A DNA stretch of 64,000 bases from Pseudomonadota bacterium (GTDB taxonomy: Bacteria; Myxococcota_A; UBA9160; JADFDR01), in NCBI GenBank assembly GCA_003353845.1, contig PIVT01000004.1, positions 12,283 through 76,282 of the forward strand, read 5' to 3'. Below are positions 18,035 through 27,150 of the stretch, one piece after another. Both the position numbers and the translations under genes were made by a program. The notes under the pieces were generated by a model that was not told the DNA's origin, ran no database searches, and worked only from the letters and a program-made list of their open reading frames with translations. Numbering within the stretch: the stretch's first letter is position 1; every line of letters starts with the position of its first letter.

Positions 18035-19441
18035 TCAGCCTTCGATGGCGCGTTTAAGTTCCTCTACGCCATTCTCAATACCCTCTGTCAAGAGCCACGG
18101 CTCGGGCACGAGGTTTGGATCTAGCATGAATCCAAAATTTATATCCTTTACGTAACTCATAATCGTAATGCTCAATCCCATTCCGACGAGAACCGGGGCC
18201 AGGGGGAAGACGGCTTCGACTTTCCCACCGCAGATGTAGAGCGGGAAAGGAGGTCCCGGGACGTTGGAAATGATGGTGTTGGCTTGTAGCGGAATTTTCC
18301 CTTCGAGCTTGGCAGAGTTCAGAATCCATCCGGCCAGCTCAATGGCTACTGGCGGAAGAGCGGTGCCCATGGCCTGGACATCGGTTGCTCCCAGGTCCCC
18401 CGCAATCTCTTTGGCGGCCAGGGATCGCCTGTTGATTTCCTTGAGCCGTTTCACGGGGTCTTTGAGATGGGTTTCCAAGGAAACGGAAAGCGTCCCGACT
18501 TGATTGTCGAGGTTCTTGTCCCCCTCGGCGCGCGTCGAAATGGGCACGCCAGCGATGAGAGTCTCTTCGGGTAGTGCATTCTGCGCTTGGAGGTAGCTGC
18601 GCAGGGCCGAACCACAGACGGCCAAAAGAACATCATTTACTTTGACGTCGAAATGTTTTTTGATGGCTTTCACATCGTCCAATGAAACGCTGGCAAAGGT
18701 GATGCCACGGCGCGAAGTGAGGGGGTTATTGAAAATGGTGCGCGGAGCCTCGCCAGCAAGCAAATCACGGTGCTTGCGCTTGTGGGGAATCATGGCCATG
18801 CTGCGCCAGCTCATCTTGGCCATCCATCCGGTGACGCGATAAGGCATTCCCATAAGGGATACGAGCCCTTGCTGGAACAACTCCATGTCACTGGGCTCTG
18901 GCTCTTGGGAGCCACGAGAGGAACGCTTGCGCTTTGCATTCTTCTCTTCTGGTTCTTCTGGGGGATTGGGTTCGAAGTCCGCCAATATCTCTCCCAACCC
19001 TACACCCGAAAGGCCGTCAAACATGCAGTGATGGGTCTTCAACAAGATGGCTGCACGTTGTTCAGCGAGGCCTTCGATGTACCAGATTTCCCACAAGGGT
19101 CTGCTGCGGTCGAGTTGACGGCTGAACAGTTGGGAGCTGAGTTCTGCTAACTCGTCCTCGCCCCCAGGTGCGGGCACAGACACCCGATGCACGTGATCCT
19201 CAACTCGAACGCCTTTGTTTTCAACCCAATAGGGCCTGTCCAAACCGAGGGGAACATGGCGTACCGTCCAGGAGAGTTTGGGCACGCGACCAATCCTCTC
19301 CGTCAGGGTACGCAGGAGCTTCTCAAAGCTGAAATCTTCTGCCTGGGAAGGGTCGATGACGGCAATGGCCCCTGTTGTCAGGGCCGAATTGGGCGTCTCG
19401 ATGGATAGGAAAATAGAATCATCACCTGCCAGTTGCTTCAT
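18035..19441 (-). CDS. wax ester synthase/diacylglycerol acyltransferase (WS/DGAT) family, paralogue 2
   Basis: HHCMFDG active-site motif and NVPGPPFPLY motif. Contains a charged insert, PEEPEEKNAKRKRSSRGSQEPEP. Confidence 0.85.
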   Translation of the reverse strand: MKQLAGDDSIFLSIETPNSALTTGAIAVIDPSQAEDFSFEKLLRTLTERIGRVPKLSWTVRHVPLGLDRPYWVENKGVRVEDHVHRVSVPAPGGEDELAELSSQLFSRQLDRSRPLWEIWYIEGLAEQRAAILLKTHHCMFDGLSGVGLGEILADFEPNPPEEPEEKNAKRKRSSRGSQEPEPSDMELFQQGLVSLMGMPYRVTGWMAKMSWRSMAMIPHKRKHRDLLAGEAPRTIFNNPLTSRRGITFASVSLDDVKAIKKHFDVKVNDVLLAVCGSALRSYLQAQNALPEETLIAGVPISTRAEGDKNLDNQVGTLSVSLETHLKDPVKRLKEINRRSLAAKEIAGDLGATDVQAMGTALPPVAIELAGWILNSAKLEGKIPLQANTIISNVPGPPFPLYICGGKVEAVFPLAPVLVGMGLSITIMSYVKDINFGFMLDPNLVPEPWLLTEGIENGVEELKRAIEG

Positions 19442-19693
19442 CGTTTGGACCCTTTAGAGAAATCAAAATACACGTTTCCCGACCTCTTTTATCCTTCCCC
19501 TAATGGTAGCCTAAAGCATCCTCCGGTTGGGAGGATAGGTTGTCGCAGCCTGCTGAATGTTTGTTAGAAACCATGTACTCTGGTTTTTTTCGGCTTTACC
19601 AGGTTCTTTCAAGGTATTCGGGTGAGTGTCTCAATGGCCATCGATTCTCGGGTGGGCCTGTACCGGCCGGGTCAATGAGAGCGAGGAACGATC

Positions 19694-21310
19694 GTGGAAT
19701 TTCAACTAGCAGATCTTTTTGAATCTATGGCTGATCGGGTTCCTGATCGCGAGGCTATGGTTGCGGGTGACCGAAGGCTCACCTATGCCCAACTCGATGT
19801 GCGAGCCAATCAGTTGGCTCATCAGTTGAGTGCGTTGGGTGTTGGTGCTGGCGATCATGTGGGAATACAACTTCACAACGGCACCGAATACATCGAAGGC
19901 ATGTTGGCCGCTTTCAAGCTTCGTGCAGTGCCCATTAATGTGAACTATCGCTACATGGAAGAAGAGCTTCGCTACTTGTTTGACGATGCCGACCTGGTTG
20001 CGCTGATCTTGCACAAGAGTTTCCTCCCGCACGTGGTGCCGATCGCCTCATCACTGCCCAAGCTGAAGAACTATATCGTTGTCGATGAACCCTGTGAGGT
20101 GGTGGGGACTCTTCCCAGTGCATTGGATTATGAGACTTGCCTGGCAGCTTCCAGCGATAAGCGGATTGGGACCCCGCGATCATCGGAAGACCTCTACATC
20201 GTGTACACCGGTGGAACGACAGGAATGCCAAAGGGCGTCATGTGGTACCACGAGGATATCTTCTTCGCCGCCATGGGTGGTGGCGATGTGATGAAAACGG
20301 GTAACCCCGTAACGAAACCTGAACAGTTGGCAGAGCGTGTTCCCGAGAACACCCTGGGCGCATTGCCGGTACCTCCTTTTATGCACGCCGCGGCACAGTG
20401 GCTGGCCTTCACGACTTTATTTAGCGGTGGCAAGATTGTAGTTCCCGAAGGCGGAGGGTTTGATCCAGCAGAAATCTGGGACCTCGTCGCGCGGGAGAAA
20501 CTCTTGATGTTGGTGATCGTGGGTGACGCCATGGCTACCCCACTGGCCGACACTTTGGAAGCCAACCCCGATCGTTTCGATCTCAGCTCATTGATTGTGA
20601 TTGCGTCAGGTGGTGCGCTCTTCTCGCCTTCGACCAAAGAACGACTGCGTACCTTGCTTCCCAATCGCATCATCATGGACGGCTTGGGCTCTTCAGAAAC
20701 GGGGGTCATGGGCAATAAGTCGAGCATGCCAGGTGTAGACTTGGATGAAGAGCCGCTTTTTATGGTGAATGAAGAAACCGCGGTATTGGATGAGGATTTA
20801 AACCCCATCATTCCCGGGTCGGGAGAGATCGGTCATCTGGCGCGGAAGGGTCGTGTCCCCATTGGCTATTACAACGATACGGAGAAGTCTCGCAATACCT
20901 TCTTGACGGTGAATGGAGAGCGATGGGCGGTTCCGGGAGATATGGCGACGGTCGAAGCCAATGGAACGGTACGACTTCTGGGCCGAGAAAAGTTCAGCAT
21001 CAATACCGGAGGCGAGAAAGTCTTTCCGGAGGAAGTGGAGGCTGTGATCAAGAGCCATCCGGAGGTCTTTGATGTCCTGGTTGTCGGTCTTCCCGATGAT
21101 CGCTGGGGGGAAAAGATTGTAGCGGTGGTGCAGACACGCTCGGGTGCGGATATAACCCTCGAGCAATTGCGTGAATTCTGCTCGACTCGCATCTCGAATT
21201 TCAAAGAACCAAGGGGAGTGGTTCGAGCCGATACGATTCGCCGCTCACCAACGGGGAAGGCAGACTATGGGTGGGCGAAGGAGCGCGCGCTTCAGGGGTT
21301 GGGCGCCTGA
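19694..21310 (+). CDS. AMP-dependent acyl-CoA synthetase
   Basis: Motifs YTGGTTGMPKGV, SSETG, PGDMATVEANGTVRLLGREKFSINTGGEKVFPEEVE and the C-terminal SPTGKADY. GTG start follows a GAGG RBS. Confidence 0.85.
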   Translation: MEFQLADLFESMADRVPDREAMVAGDRRLTYAQLDVRANQLAHQLSALGVGAGDHVGIQLHNGTEYIEGMLAAFKLRAVPINVNYRYMEEELRYLFDDADLVALILHKSFLPHVVPIASSLPKLKNYIVVDEPCEVVGTLPSALDYETCLAASSDKRIGTPRSSEDLYIVYTGGTTGMPKGVMWYHEDIFFAAMGGGDVMKTGNPVTKPEQLAERVPENTLGALPVPPFMHAAAQWLAFTTLFSGGKIVVPEGGGFDPAEIWDLVAREKLLMLVIVGDAMATPLADTLEANPDRFDLSSLIVIASGGALFSPSTKERLRTLLPNRIIMDGLGSSETGVMGNKSSMPGVDLDEEPLFMVNEETAVLDEDLNPIIPGSGEIGHLARKGRVPIGYYNDTEKSRNTFLTVNGERWAVPGDMATVEANGTVRLLGREKFSINTGGEKVFPEEVEAVIKSHPEVFDVLVVGLPDDRWGEKIVAVVQTRSGADITLEQLREFCSTRISNFKEPRGVVRADTIRRSPTGKADYGWAKERALQGLGA

Positions 21311-21325
21311 CGGCTTTGGGTTGCG

Positions 21326-22060
21326 TTATTTGCGTCGCTTCCCTTTTTGACGGAAACCGGGCCGTGCTGCACGTTGCTGACCCATGCTGGCGGGTGGCTT
21401 TTCAAGTTGCAAGGCGTACCAAGGCATCCCGAATCGCTTCATGTTGAGCTTCTTGTTGTTTTGTAGGCGCAAGAGATTGTCCTTCGTAGTTTCGTTGGAC
21501 TTCTCCTTTTTAAGGAAACGGTTGAGTACGGCAATGGCTTCGCTGCGCTTGTCTTGTTTCTCAAGTAGGTAGGCGTGGAGATTGTGAAGAAGAACATGCT
21601 TCTTGTTAAAGCTTTCACAGTTTCCCAGTACTTGAACGGCCTTGTCTTTATTACCCTGTCGGAAATACATAGAGGCCAGGAACATTTGTGCGTCTGCAAA
21701 GCGGGTGCTTGATTTTTTGAGGAACTTGAGACCTTTGTCCTCATCACCACTACTGGCGCAGAGGATGCCCATTTGTGCGTAGAGCTGTCCCTTTAATAGT
21801 GGTTGCCAGTTGCCTAGCGGAAGCAGGTCTTCGAAGGTTTGAAGCGCCAGTTTTATCTTCCCCGCTTCGGCCTGCTTTTGCGCGTGCAGGATGGCCGGTT
21901 CGATGCGTTTTCGGATGTTGCGGCCGATGAGGAACCAAGAGGCGATAAAGGCAGCGACGCCGAGCCAGATGCCCATGATCCAGGTTTCCCAGAGTCCGAG
22001 GAAGGTCCAGCCGCAGCCGATGATTAAAGCGATGGCGAGAGAGAGGAGAAAGCTATACAC
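21326..22060 (-). CDS. membrane-anchored TPR-like repeat protein
   Basis: Two N-terminal TM helices followed by helical repeats (LYAQMGILCASSGDEDKGLKFLKKS). Basic C-terminus. GTG start. Confidence 0.55.
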   Translation of the reverse strand: MYSFLLSLAIALIIGCGWTFLGLWETWIMGIWLGVAAFIASWFLIGRNIRKRIEPAILHAQKQAEAGKIKLALQTFEDLLPLGNWQPLLKGQLYAQMGILCASSGDEDKGLKFLKKSSTRFADAQMFLASMYFRQGNKDKAVQVLGNCESFNKKHVLLHNLHAYLLEKQDKRSEAIAVLNRFLKKEKSNETTKDNLLRLQNNKKLNMKRFGMPWYALQLEKPPASMGQQRAARPGFRQKGKRRK

Positions 22061-22218
22061 GTAATGTCTCTTTATGCTTGCGGTGTTAGAGTCGATTCCA
22101 TCCGCCCGTCACGGGGGGTGGGTGGCTAAGAGTGCACTGAGTGATAACAAAAATCCAGCCCTTTGGCCGGGATGGTTTTGGCAGGTCGAAATCGCTGCCT
22201 TTTGGAGAGGAGTTTTCT

Positions 22219-22620
22219 GTGAGTCTCATCCGTTTTGATGCCAGTGAACACCCCATCGTTTTTCTGGCGATGGAAGGTGCGGTCACCGAAGAGCAGGTAC
22301 TTGAGTATCTGGAGCAAATGCGCGAGGTCATCGAGCGCCAGCGCAAGTTTTCCGTGGTCGTAGATTTGAGCGCAGCTTCAATTCCGAGCTTGAAGGCCCG
22401 AGGCTTACTGCGGGACTTTGCCAACACCTATGAGCGAGAATCCGATGAATGGACGGTGAGCAGTTCTCTGATCATCCACAATCCAGCCATTAAAATGGCG
22501 GTGACGGCAATCTATGCCGTGGTGCGCACCCAGTACCCGAAAAGAGTGTTCCGAAATCGAGAGGATGCGGTGGCTTGGACAAGGGCTGAATTGGAAAAAG
22601 CAGGTGTGTTGAACGCTTAA
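22219..22620 (+). CDS. hypothetical protein, possibly STAS/SpoIIAA-like fold
   Basis: GTG 22219 is preceded by GGAGAGGAG (22203-22211); the ORF track extends to 22141. The pattern IVFLAMEGAVTEEQVLEYLEQM...FSVVVDLS resembles STAS/SEC14-like domain proteins, but this is a weak call. Confidence 0.45.
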   Translation: MSLIRFDASEHPIVFLAMEGAVTEEQVLEYLEQMREVIERQRKFSVVVDLSAASIPSLKARGLLRDFANTYERESDEWTVSSSLIIHNPAIKMAVTAIYAVVRTQYPKRVFRNREDAVAWTRAELEKAGVLNA

Positions 22621-22818
22621 CCCGGACTATTCACGAGCGCCCTACTGCGATCGCCGAAAGCCCCGAATCTTCACGGCCTTCTCCCTTCAGCCTCCTCGAC
22701 GTACTGCAAGTACGTCTCCGGGGGCCTACGGTCCGAGGTCCGCGAATCTCCAGCACTTGTGCCCCATAGGGGTGCTTTAGGCGCTCTCGCTACGGGCTTC
22801 ATGAATAGTCCGGGTTAA
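22617..22818. repeat. MITE-like long imperfect palindrome with 17-bp perfect terminal inverted repeats
   Basis: ttaacccggactattca (22617-22633) is the exact reverse complement of tgaatagtccgggttaa (22802-22818). The arms continue imperfectly for about 50 bp. The centre is the palindrome gacgtactgcaagtacgtc. No ORF lies inside. Confidence 0.6.
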
Positions 22819-22850
22819 CCCATCAGCGGCTCGCCGTCTTTTTATAGAAG

Positions 22851-23480
22851 CTACATTTGCAAAAACGGGTTGTGAACCCGTTCAAAGCCAATGGTCGTGA
22901 TGGGGCCGTGGCCACTCATCACTTGCGTCCAGTCGTCGAGAGGCAACAGACGCTCTCGGATGGACTGGATGAGTTGGGGATGAGAACCTCCGGGCAGGTC
23001 CGTGCGCCCGATGGAACCCTGAAACAGCGTGTCTCCGACAAAGAGGTAGTCGGCTACGTGAAAACATACGCCGCCCGGCGTATGACCCGGTGTGAAGTAG
23101 GTTTTGACCTCGTGTCCGCCGATGTTGAAAACATCTCCATCGGAGAGTTCGCGGTCAACGGCGGGAGATTCCAGGGGAGGCAGTCCGAAGGCGGCTGCCT
23201 GTTCCTTCAGGGTGGCCGCCAGCGGGAAGTCTCCGGCGTGAAGAGCAAAAGGAATCTTCAATTTATTGACGATGGCGGCCACGCCACCGGCGTGATCGAG
23301 GTGGGCGTGGGTGTTGAAAATTCCTTCGAGAGTGACGCCCTTGGAATCCACAATGGACAGGATCCGATCTGGCTCGTCACCGGGATCAATCAAGATGCCC
23401 GTCATCAACTCGTCGTCCCAGACGAGGTAACAGTTTTCTTGAAAAGGACCATTTGTGATGGTTTCAAACTGAATGGGCAT
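22851..23480 (-). CDS. MBL-fold metallo-hydrolase (glyoxalase II / hydroxyacylglutathione hydrolase-like)
   Basis: HAHLDHAGG (HxHxDH) motif, later GHTPGG, and GPFQENCYLVWDD near the N-terminus. Start set at ATG 23480 (MPIQFE). Confidence 0.85.
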   Translation of the reverse strand: MPIQFETITNGPFQENCYLVWDDELMTGILIDPGDEPDRILSIVDSKGVTLEGIFNTHAHLDHAGGVAAIVNKLKIPFALHAGDFPLAATLKEQAAAFGLPPLESPAVDRELSDGDVFNIGGHEVKTYFTPGHTPGGVCFHVADYLFVGDTLFQGSIGRTDLPGGSHPQLIQSIRERLLPLDDWTQVMSGHGPITTIGFERVHNPFLQM

Positions 23481-23640
23481 GAGTGGCCTTTTTTGGGGCG
23501 CAGCATTTTTTTGCGGTGTCGTCATCGGCCTGCTGCGCACAATGCATCAGGACTGAGCCGGCAAGGATACCAAGTGTCGGACAAAATTCATGCTCTTGGT
23601 TTGTGACTGCGCCCGGATCGGTTGAAAGTGGGCTGGAATT

Positions 23641-24309
23641 CTACTTGGAAAATTCACGTAGGAGGGCGCGAATGCCGCGCATGAGTGTTTCGATGGCCTC
23701 TTGTCGCGAAAGGTCATGGGATAGCCAGCGGCTGAGAACGGCGACCGTGGTGGCCACAATCATGCTGCATAAAAGCTCGGCTTCTTCCCGGGAAATGCCG
23801 GCGACCTCCGAGACACGTTCGAGCCAGGGGGAAAAGAGTTGTTTGCGAACCTGTTGCACCACGCGGTCTACCTCAGGATCCGGGCCGGAGGAGCTGAGCA
23901 GACTCCAGGCACCGACACCCCCGTCCTCCAGGCTGTCGCAGACGGCCCCGATAATTTGCCGCAGTGCTTCGGTGAGCTTGGGCTTCTCATCGCTCAGCGC
24001 CTCATCGAAGCGCGCTTGAAGTTCCTCTCCATAGCTTTCCAACACGGCGATGAGTAGGGACTGCCGATTGGGAAAGTGCTTGTACACCGTAGGTCGGGTG
24101 ACTCCCGCAACGGCCGCGACTTCTGGAATACGTACGCCATCGACGCCTTGGGTGGCCAGCAACTGAGCAGCAATCTCGGTGAGTTGCCGTCCACGCTCAT
24201 TGGCCCAGAGCCGTCCGTGGTCGGGGGGGGCGGACGAATTGGCGGGCGAATCGGAGGCCTTGCGGCGGCTGTTGGACAATTCTCCGGGCTTTTTATCAGT
24301 CTCCGGCAT
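23641..24309 (-). CDS. TetR/AcrR family transcriptional regulator
   Basis: HTH region GVDGVRIPEVAAVAGVTRPTVYKHFPNRQSLL. Has an N-terminal extension of about 45 aa. Divergent from the NMO gene. Confidence 0.85.
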   Translation of the reverse strand: MPETDKKPGELSNSRRKASDSPANSSAPPDHGRLWANERGRQLTEIAAQLLATQGVDGVRIPEVAAVAGVTRPTVYKHFPNRQSLLIAVLESYGEELQARFDEALSDEKPKLTEALRQIIGAVCDSLEDGGVGAWSLLSSSGPDPEVDRVVQQVRKQLFSPWLERVSEVAGISREEAELLCSMIVATTVAVLSRWLSHDLSRQEAIETLMRGIRALLREFSK

Positions 24310-24328
24310 GGATTCAGGGGTCCTTTTT

Positions 24329-24372
24329 GGTGTTTACAAACTGTAAAGGTAAGTATACACTATGTAAACACC
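24329..24372. promoter_or_regulatory. candidate TetR operator: 10-bp perfect inverted repeat
   Basis: ggtgtttaca (24329-24338) and tgtaaacacc (24363-24372) are exact reverse complements. They sit in the 99-bp divergent TetR/NMO spacer. Confidence 0.5.
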
Positions 24373-24408
24373 TTAGATCAAGGCCTTCTCGGCACCGGAG
24401 ACCCTTTT

Positions 24409-25530
24409 ATGCGCACAGAACTCTGCAAGAAACTCGGCATTGAATATCCCATTTTCGCTTTTACCCACTGTCGCGACGTTGTGGCCGCTGTGAGTAACGC
24501 GGGCGGTCTCGGCGTGCTGGGTGCCGTTGCGTTTACCGCAGATCAATTGGAACGGGAACTGACTTGGATTGATGAGCACGTGGGCGACAACCCCTATGCC
24601 GTCGACATCGTGATTCCCGGAAAGTACGAAGGCAAGGGCGACGACCTGGAAGCCGATGCGCTGGAGGAGAAACTGCGATCCATGGTGCCCGAGGAACATC
24701 GCGCCTTTGCCCGCAAGTTGCTCGAAGACGCCGGTGTGCCTGAACTGCCCGAAGGGGAAGAGGTGCGAGAGCTTTTGGGTTGGACGGCAGCGACGGCCGG
24801 GCCCTTGGTTGAAACAGCCCTGAAGCACGAGAAGGTTTGCTTAATCGCCAACGCCTTGGGTACGCCGCCCGCGGACGTCATCAAAGAGATTCAGGACGCC
24901 GGTCGCCTGGTCGCGGCCCTGGCGGGCAGTACCAAGCACGCGTTGGCGCATAAGGAATCAGGTGTTGACATCATTGTGTGTCAAGGCGGTGAAGGTGGAG
25001 GGCATACAGGGGATGTGGGCAGCATCGTATTGTGGCCGGAAGTCATTGATGCGGTTGCACCGATGCCCGTCTTGGCTGCGGGTGGCATTGGCTCAGGTCG
25101 CCAAATGGCAGCGGCCATGGCCATGGGTGCCCAGGGTGTTTGGAGCGGAACCCAATGGCTGACGGTGAAAGAATCCGATTGCCCACCCGAACAGAAGCAG
25201 AGCTACATCGACGCCAGCAGTCGCGATACCGTGCGCTCGCGGGCCTGGACGGGCAAGCCTTGCCGGATGTTGCGCAACGATTGGACGGAGGCGTGGGAGC
25301 GAGCCGATACGCCGGATCCCTTGGGTTTGCCCCTGCAATTCATGGTGACTTCAGAAGCGGTGGTGCGTGGGCATACCTACGCAGCCAAGGCTCAGCCTGT
25401 GTCATTCAACCCGTGTGGGCAAATTGTCGGGAATGCGAAATCCGTTCGTTCAGTACGTCAAGTGATCGATGAGTGCATCGAAGAGTATCTCGACTGCGTC
25501 GAACGCTTGAATGATTTGATGCCTGAGTAG
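24409..25530 (+). CDS. nitronate monooxygenase (NMO / 2-nitropropane dioxygenase-like) family FMN enzyme
   Basis: N-terminus LGIEYPIFAFTHCRDVVAAVSNAGGLGVLG, then IIVCQGGEGGGHTG and VLAAGGIGSGRQ motifs. Start set at ATG 24409. Confidence 0.85.
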   Translation: MRTELCKKLGIEYPIFAFTHCRDVVAAVSNAGGLGVLGAVAFTADQLERELTWIDEHVGDNPYAVDIVIPGKYEGKGDDLEADALEEKLRSMVPEEHRAFARKLLEDAGVPELPEGEEVRELLGWTAATAGPLVETALKHEKVCLIANALGTPPADVIKEIQDAGRLVAALAGSTKHALAHKESGVDIIVCQGGEGGGHTGDVGSIVLWPEVIDAVAPMPVLAAGGIGSGRQMAAAMAMGAQGVWSGTQWLTVKESDCPPEQKQSYIDASSRDTVRSRAWTGKPCRMLRNDWTEAWERADTPDPLGLPLQFMVTSEAVVRGHTYAAKAQPVSFNPCGQIVGNAKSVRSVRQVIDECIEEYLDCVERLNDLMPE

Positions 25531-25784
25531 ATTCTGAATTCAGAAGAAGGGTTGCAAGCGCGAAGGAAGTTGATTTTTTTCAACCCTTCATCCATGTGCA
25601 AGTGTTGACCTAACTCCACTGCGCTTCATCGCGATCGCTGCGAGCGGGAGTGCGTTTGCCCGTTGTCCCGCGGGAAGGTTGTTCTCAAGGTCTAGAAAAG
25701 TTTTGAAGCTGATCTAGAATCGAGCCCACAATTTTTAGATGCGCTGGTGTTGCCCGACGCGCGCGTTGGAGTGGGAGCAAGAAG

Positions 25785-26228
25785 ATGAGCGATGGTAAGC
25801 CGGTGGATGGTGCAAATATAGCTTTGGGCGAGACGCCCCCGGTACCCGCGGACCCGACCTTGAACCTGGTCACTCCGGCCGAAATCAAACGACTCTTTCC
25901 TCAATATATCGATCTCTTGAAATTAGGTCGCCAAATATATTGCGACGAGGTCGGGGTCCTTCGTTTTGTTCCCAATGAACTGGTACGCTGGTCCATCCAA
26001 AGTGGATCCATCAGTTTGAAACGGTTAGAGCGGGCACACAAAGAGGGGGATTTTTCCACAAAGGAATATCTGGGCTTTCTGTTGGGTGCGGGTTTCCCCT
26101 TGGACCGCTTCTTGGAGTTGGACATTGTGATGAGTTTGCTTGGTCGCAAACCCAGAGTGCACAATCAACTGAAGTCGAATAAGCGCAGCCAGATGATTCG
26201 GGAAGCGTATCAGGTAGCAACCGGGTAG
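25785..26228 (+). CDS. hypothetical protein
   Basis: ATG follows a GGGAG RBS, and a hairpin follows the stop. No motif recognised. Confidence 0.5.
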   Translation: MSDGKPVDGANIALGETPPVPADPTLNLVTPAEIKRLFPQYIDLLKLGRQIYCDEVGVLRFVPNELVRWSIQSGSISLKRLERAHKEGDFSTKEYLGFLLGAGFPLDRFLELDIVMSLLGRKPRVHNQLKSNKRSQMIREAYQVATG

Positions 26229-26255
26229 CGAAAGTTTTGAAAGCTTGTTGATAAG

Positions 26256-26288
26256 AGGGCGCGTCCGTTATCGGATGGCGCCCTTTTG
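26256..26288 (+). terminator. possible rho-independent terminator
   Basis: agggcgc (26256-26262) pairs with gcgccct (26278-26284), followed by tttg. The long loop and short T tract make it weak. Confidence 0.4.
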
Positions 26289-26365
26289 CCTGTTGACGCC
26301 ATGAAAGAGGTAAAGATTACAGCTAAGGTATTTCTCGACGCTGAAGTCGAGCCTGGGGGAGATTC

Positions 26366-27133
26366 ATGCATCAGGGAAAGAAGGTCGTGGTGATTATGCC
26401 GGCATACAATGCGGCGCTGACCTTGAGAAAAACCTATGAAGAGGTGATGTCTCACGACTGTGTCGACCGGGTCATCCTTGTCGACGATGCAAGTACCGAT
26501 GCTACCTCCGAGGTAGCCAGTGAATTCGAAAAACTAAAGTTCTTTGCCCATCCAGAAAACCGAGGCTACGGAGGGAATCAGAAAACATGTTATCGGCTGG
26601 CCTTGGATGAAGGTGCCGACATTATTGTAATGGTCCACCCCGATTACCAGTACACGCCGAGATTGATTCCAACCCTGGTGGGGATGGTGGGCAGCGGGTT
26701 GTATCCCTGTGTTTTAGCTTCACGTATTCTCGGGGGTGGAGCGTTGAAAGGTGGGATGCCCGCGTGGAAATACGTCGCAAATCGAGGGCTTACCTTTGTA
26801 CAAAATCTCTTGTTAGGGGCGAAACTATCTGAGTATCATACGGGTTATCGAGCGTTTTCACGCGAGGTACTGGAGTCGATTCCACTGGAAGACAACTCGG
26901 ATGATTTTGTTTTTGATGGACAAATGCTGGCGCAGGTTTTGTGGTGGGGCTTTACCATCGGCGAAGTCAGTTGCCCGACCAAGTACTTCCCGGAAGCCTC
27001 TTCAATTAATTTTGGACGCAGTGTCACCTATGGCGTGGGTTGTTTGCGCACTGCACTTGCGTTTCGTCTCGCTAAATGGGGGCTCCGGCCAGATCCCGCT
27101 TTCCCTGAACTCGCAAGTGGGAATCGGCTTTAG
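26366..27133 (+). CDS. glycosyltransferase family 2 (soluble, polyprenyl-phosphate/glycerate-type mannosyl- or glucosyltransferase-like)
   Basis: GT-A motifs VVIMPAYNAALTL, VDDASTD and MVHPD. No TM segment. GGGGAG RBS. Confidence 0.85.
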   Translation: MHQGKKVVVIMPAYNAALTLRKTYEEVMSHDCVDRVILVDDASTDATSEVASEFEKLKFFAHPENRGYGGNQKTCYRLALDEGADIIVMVHPDYQYTPRLIPTLVGMVGSGLYPCVLASRILGGGALKGGMPAWKYVANRGLTFVQNLLLGAKLSEYHTGYRAFSREVLESIPLEDNSDDFVFDGQMLAQVLWWGFTIGEVSCPTKYFPEASSINFGRSVTYGVGCLRTALAFRLAKWGLRPDPAFPELASGNRL

Positions 27134-27150
27134 TCCAAGGGGGCTATGGG

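Noticed and set aside
22857-23606. 249-aa ORF on the plus strand
   Set aside because: It is antisense to the MBL-fold hydrolase, which carries the HxHxDH motif. Shadow ORF.
25532-25545. 14-bp perfect palindrome ttctgaattcagaa immediately after the NMO stop, considered as a terminator
   Set aside because: The stem is AT-rich and short, and no T tract follows. The nearby gaagggttg/caacccttc pairing has a 26-nt loop. Neither is convincing as an intrinsic terminator.
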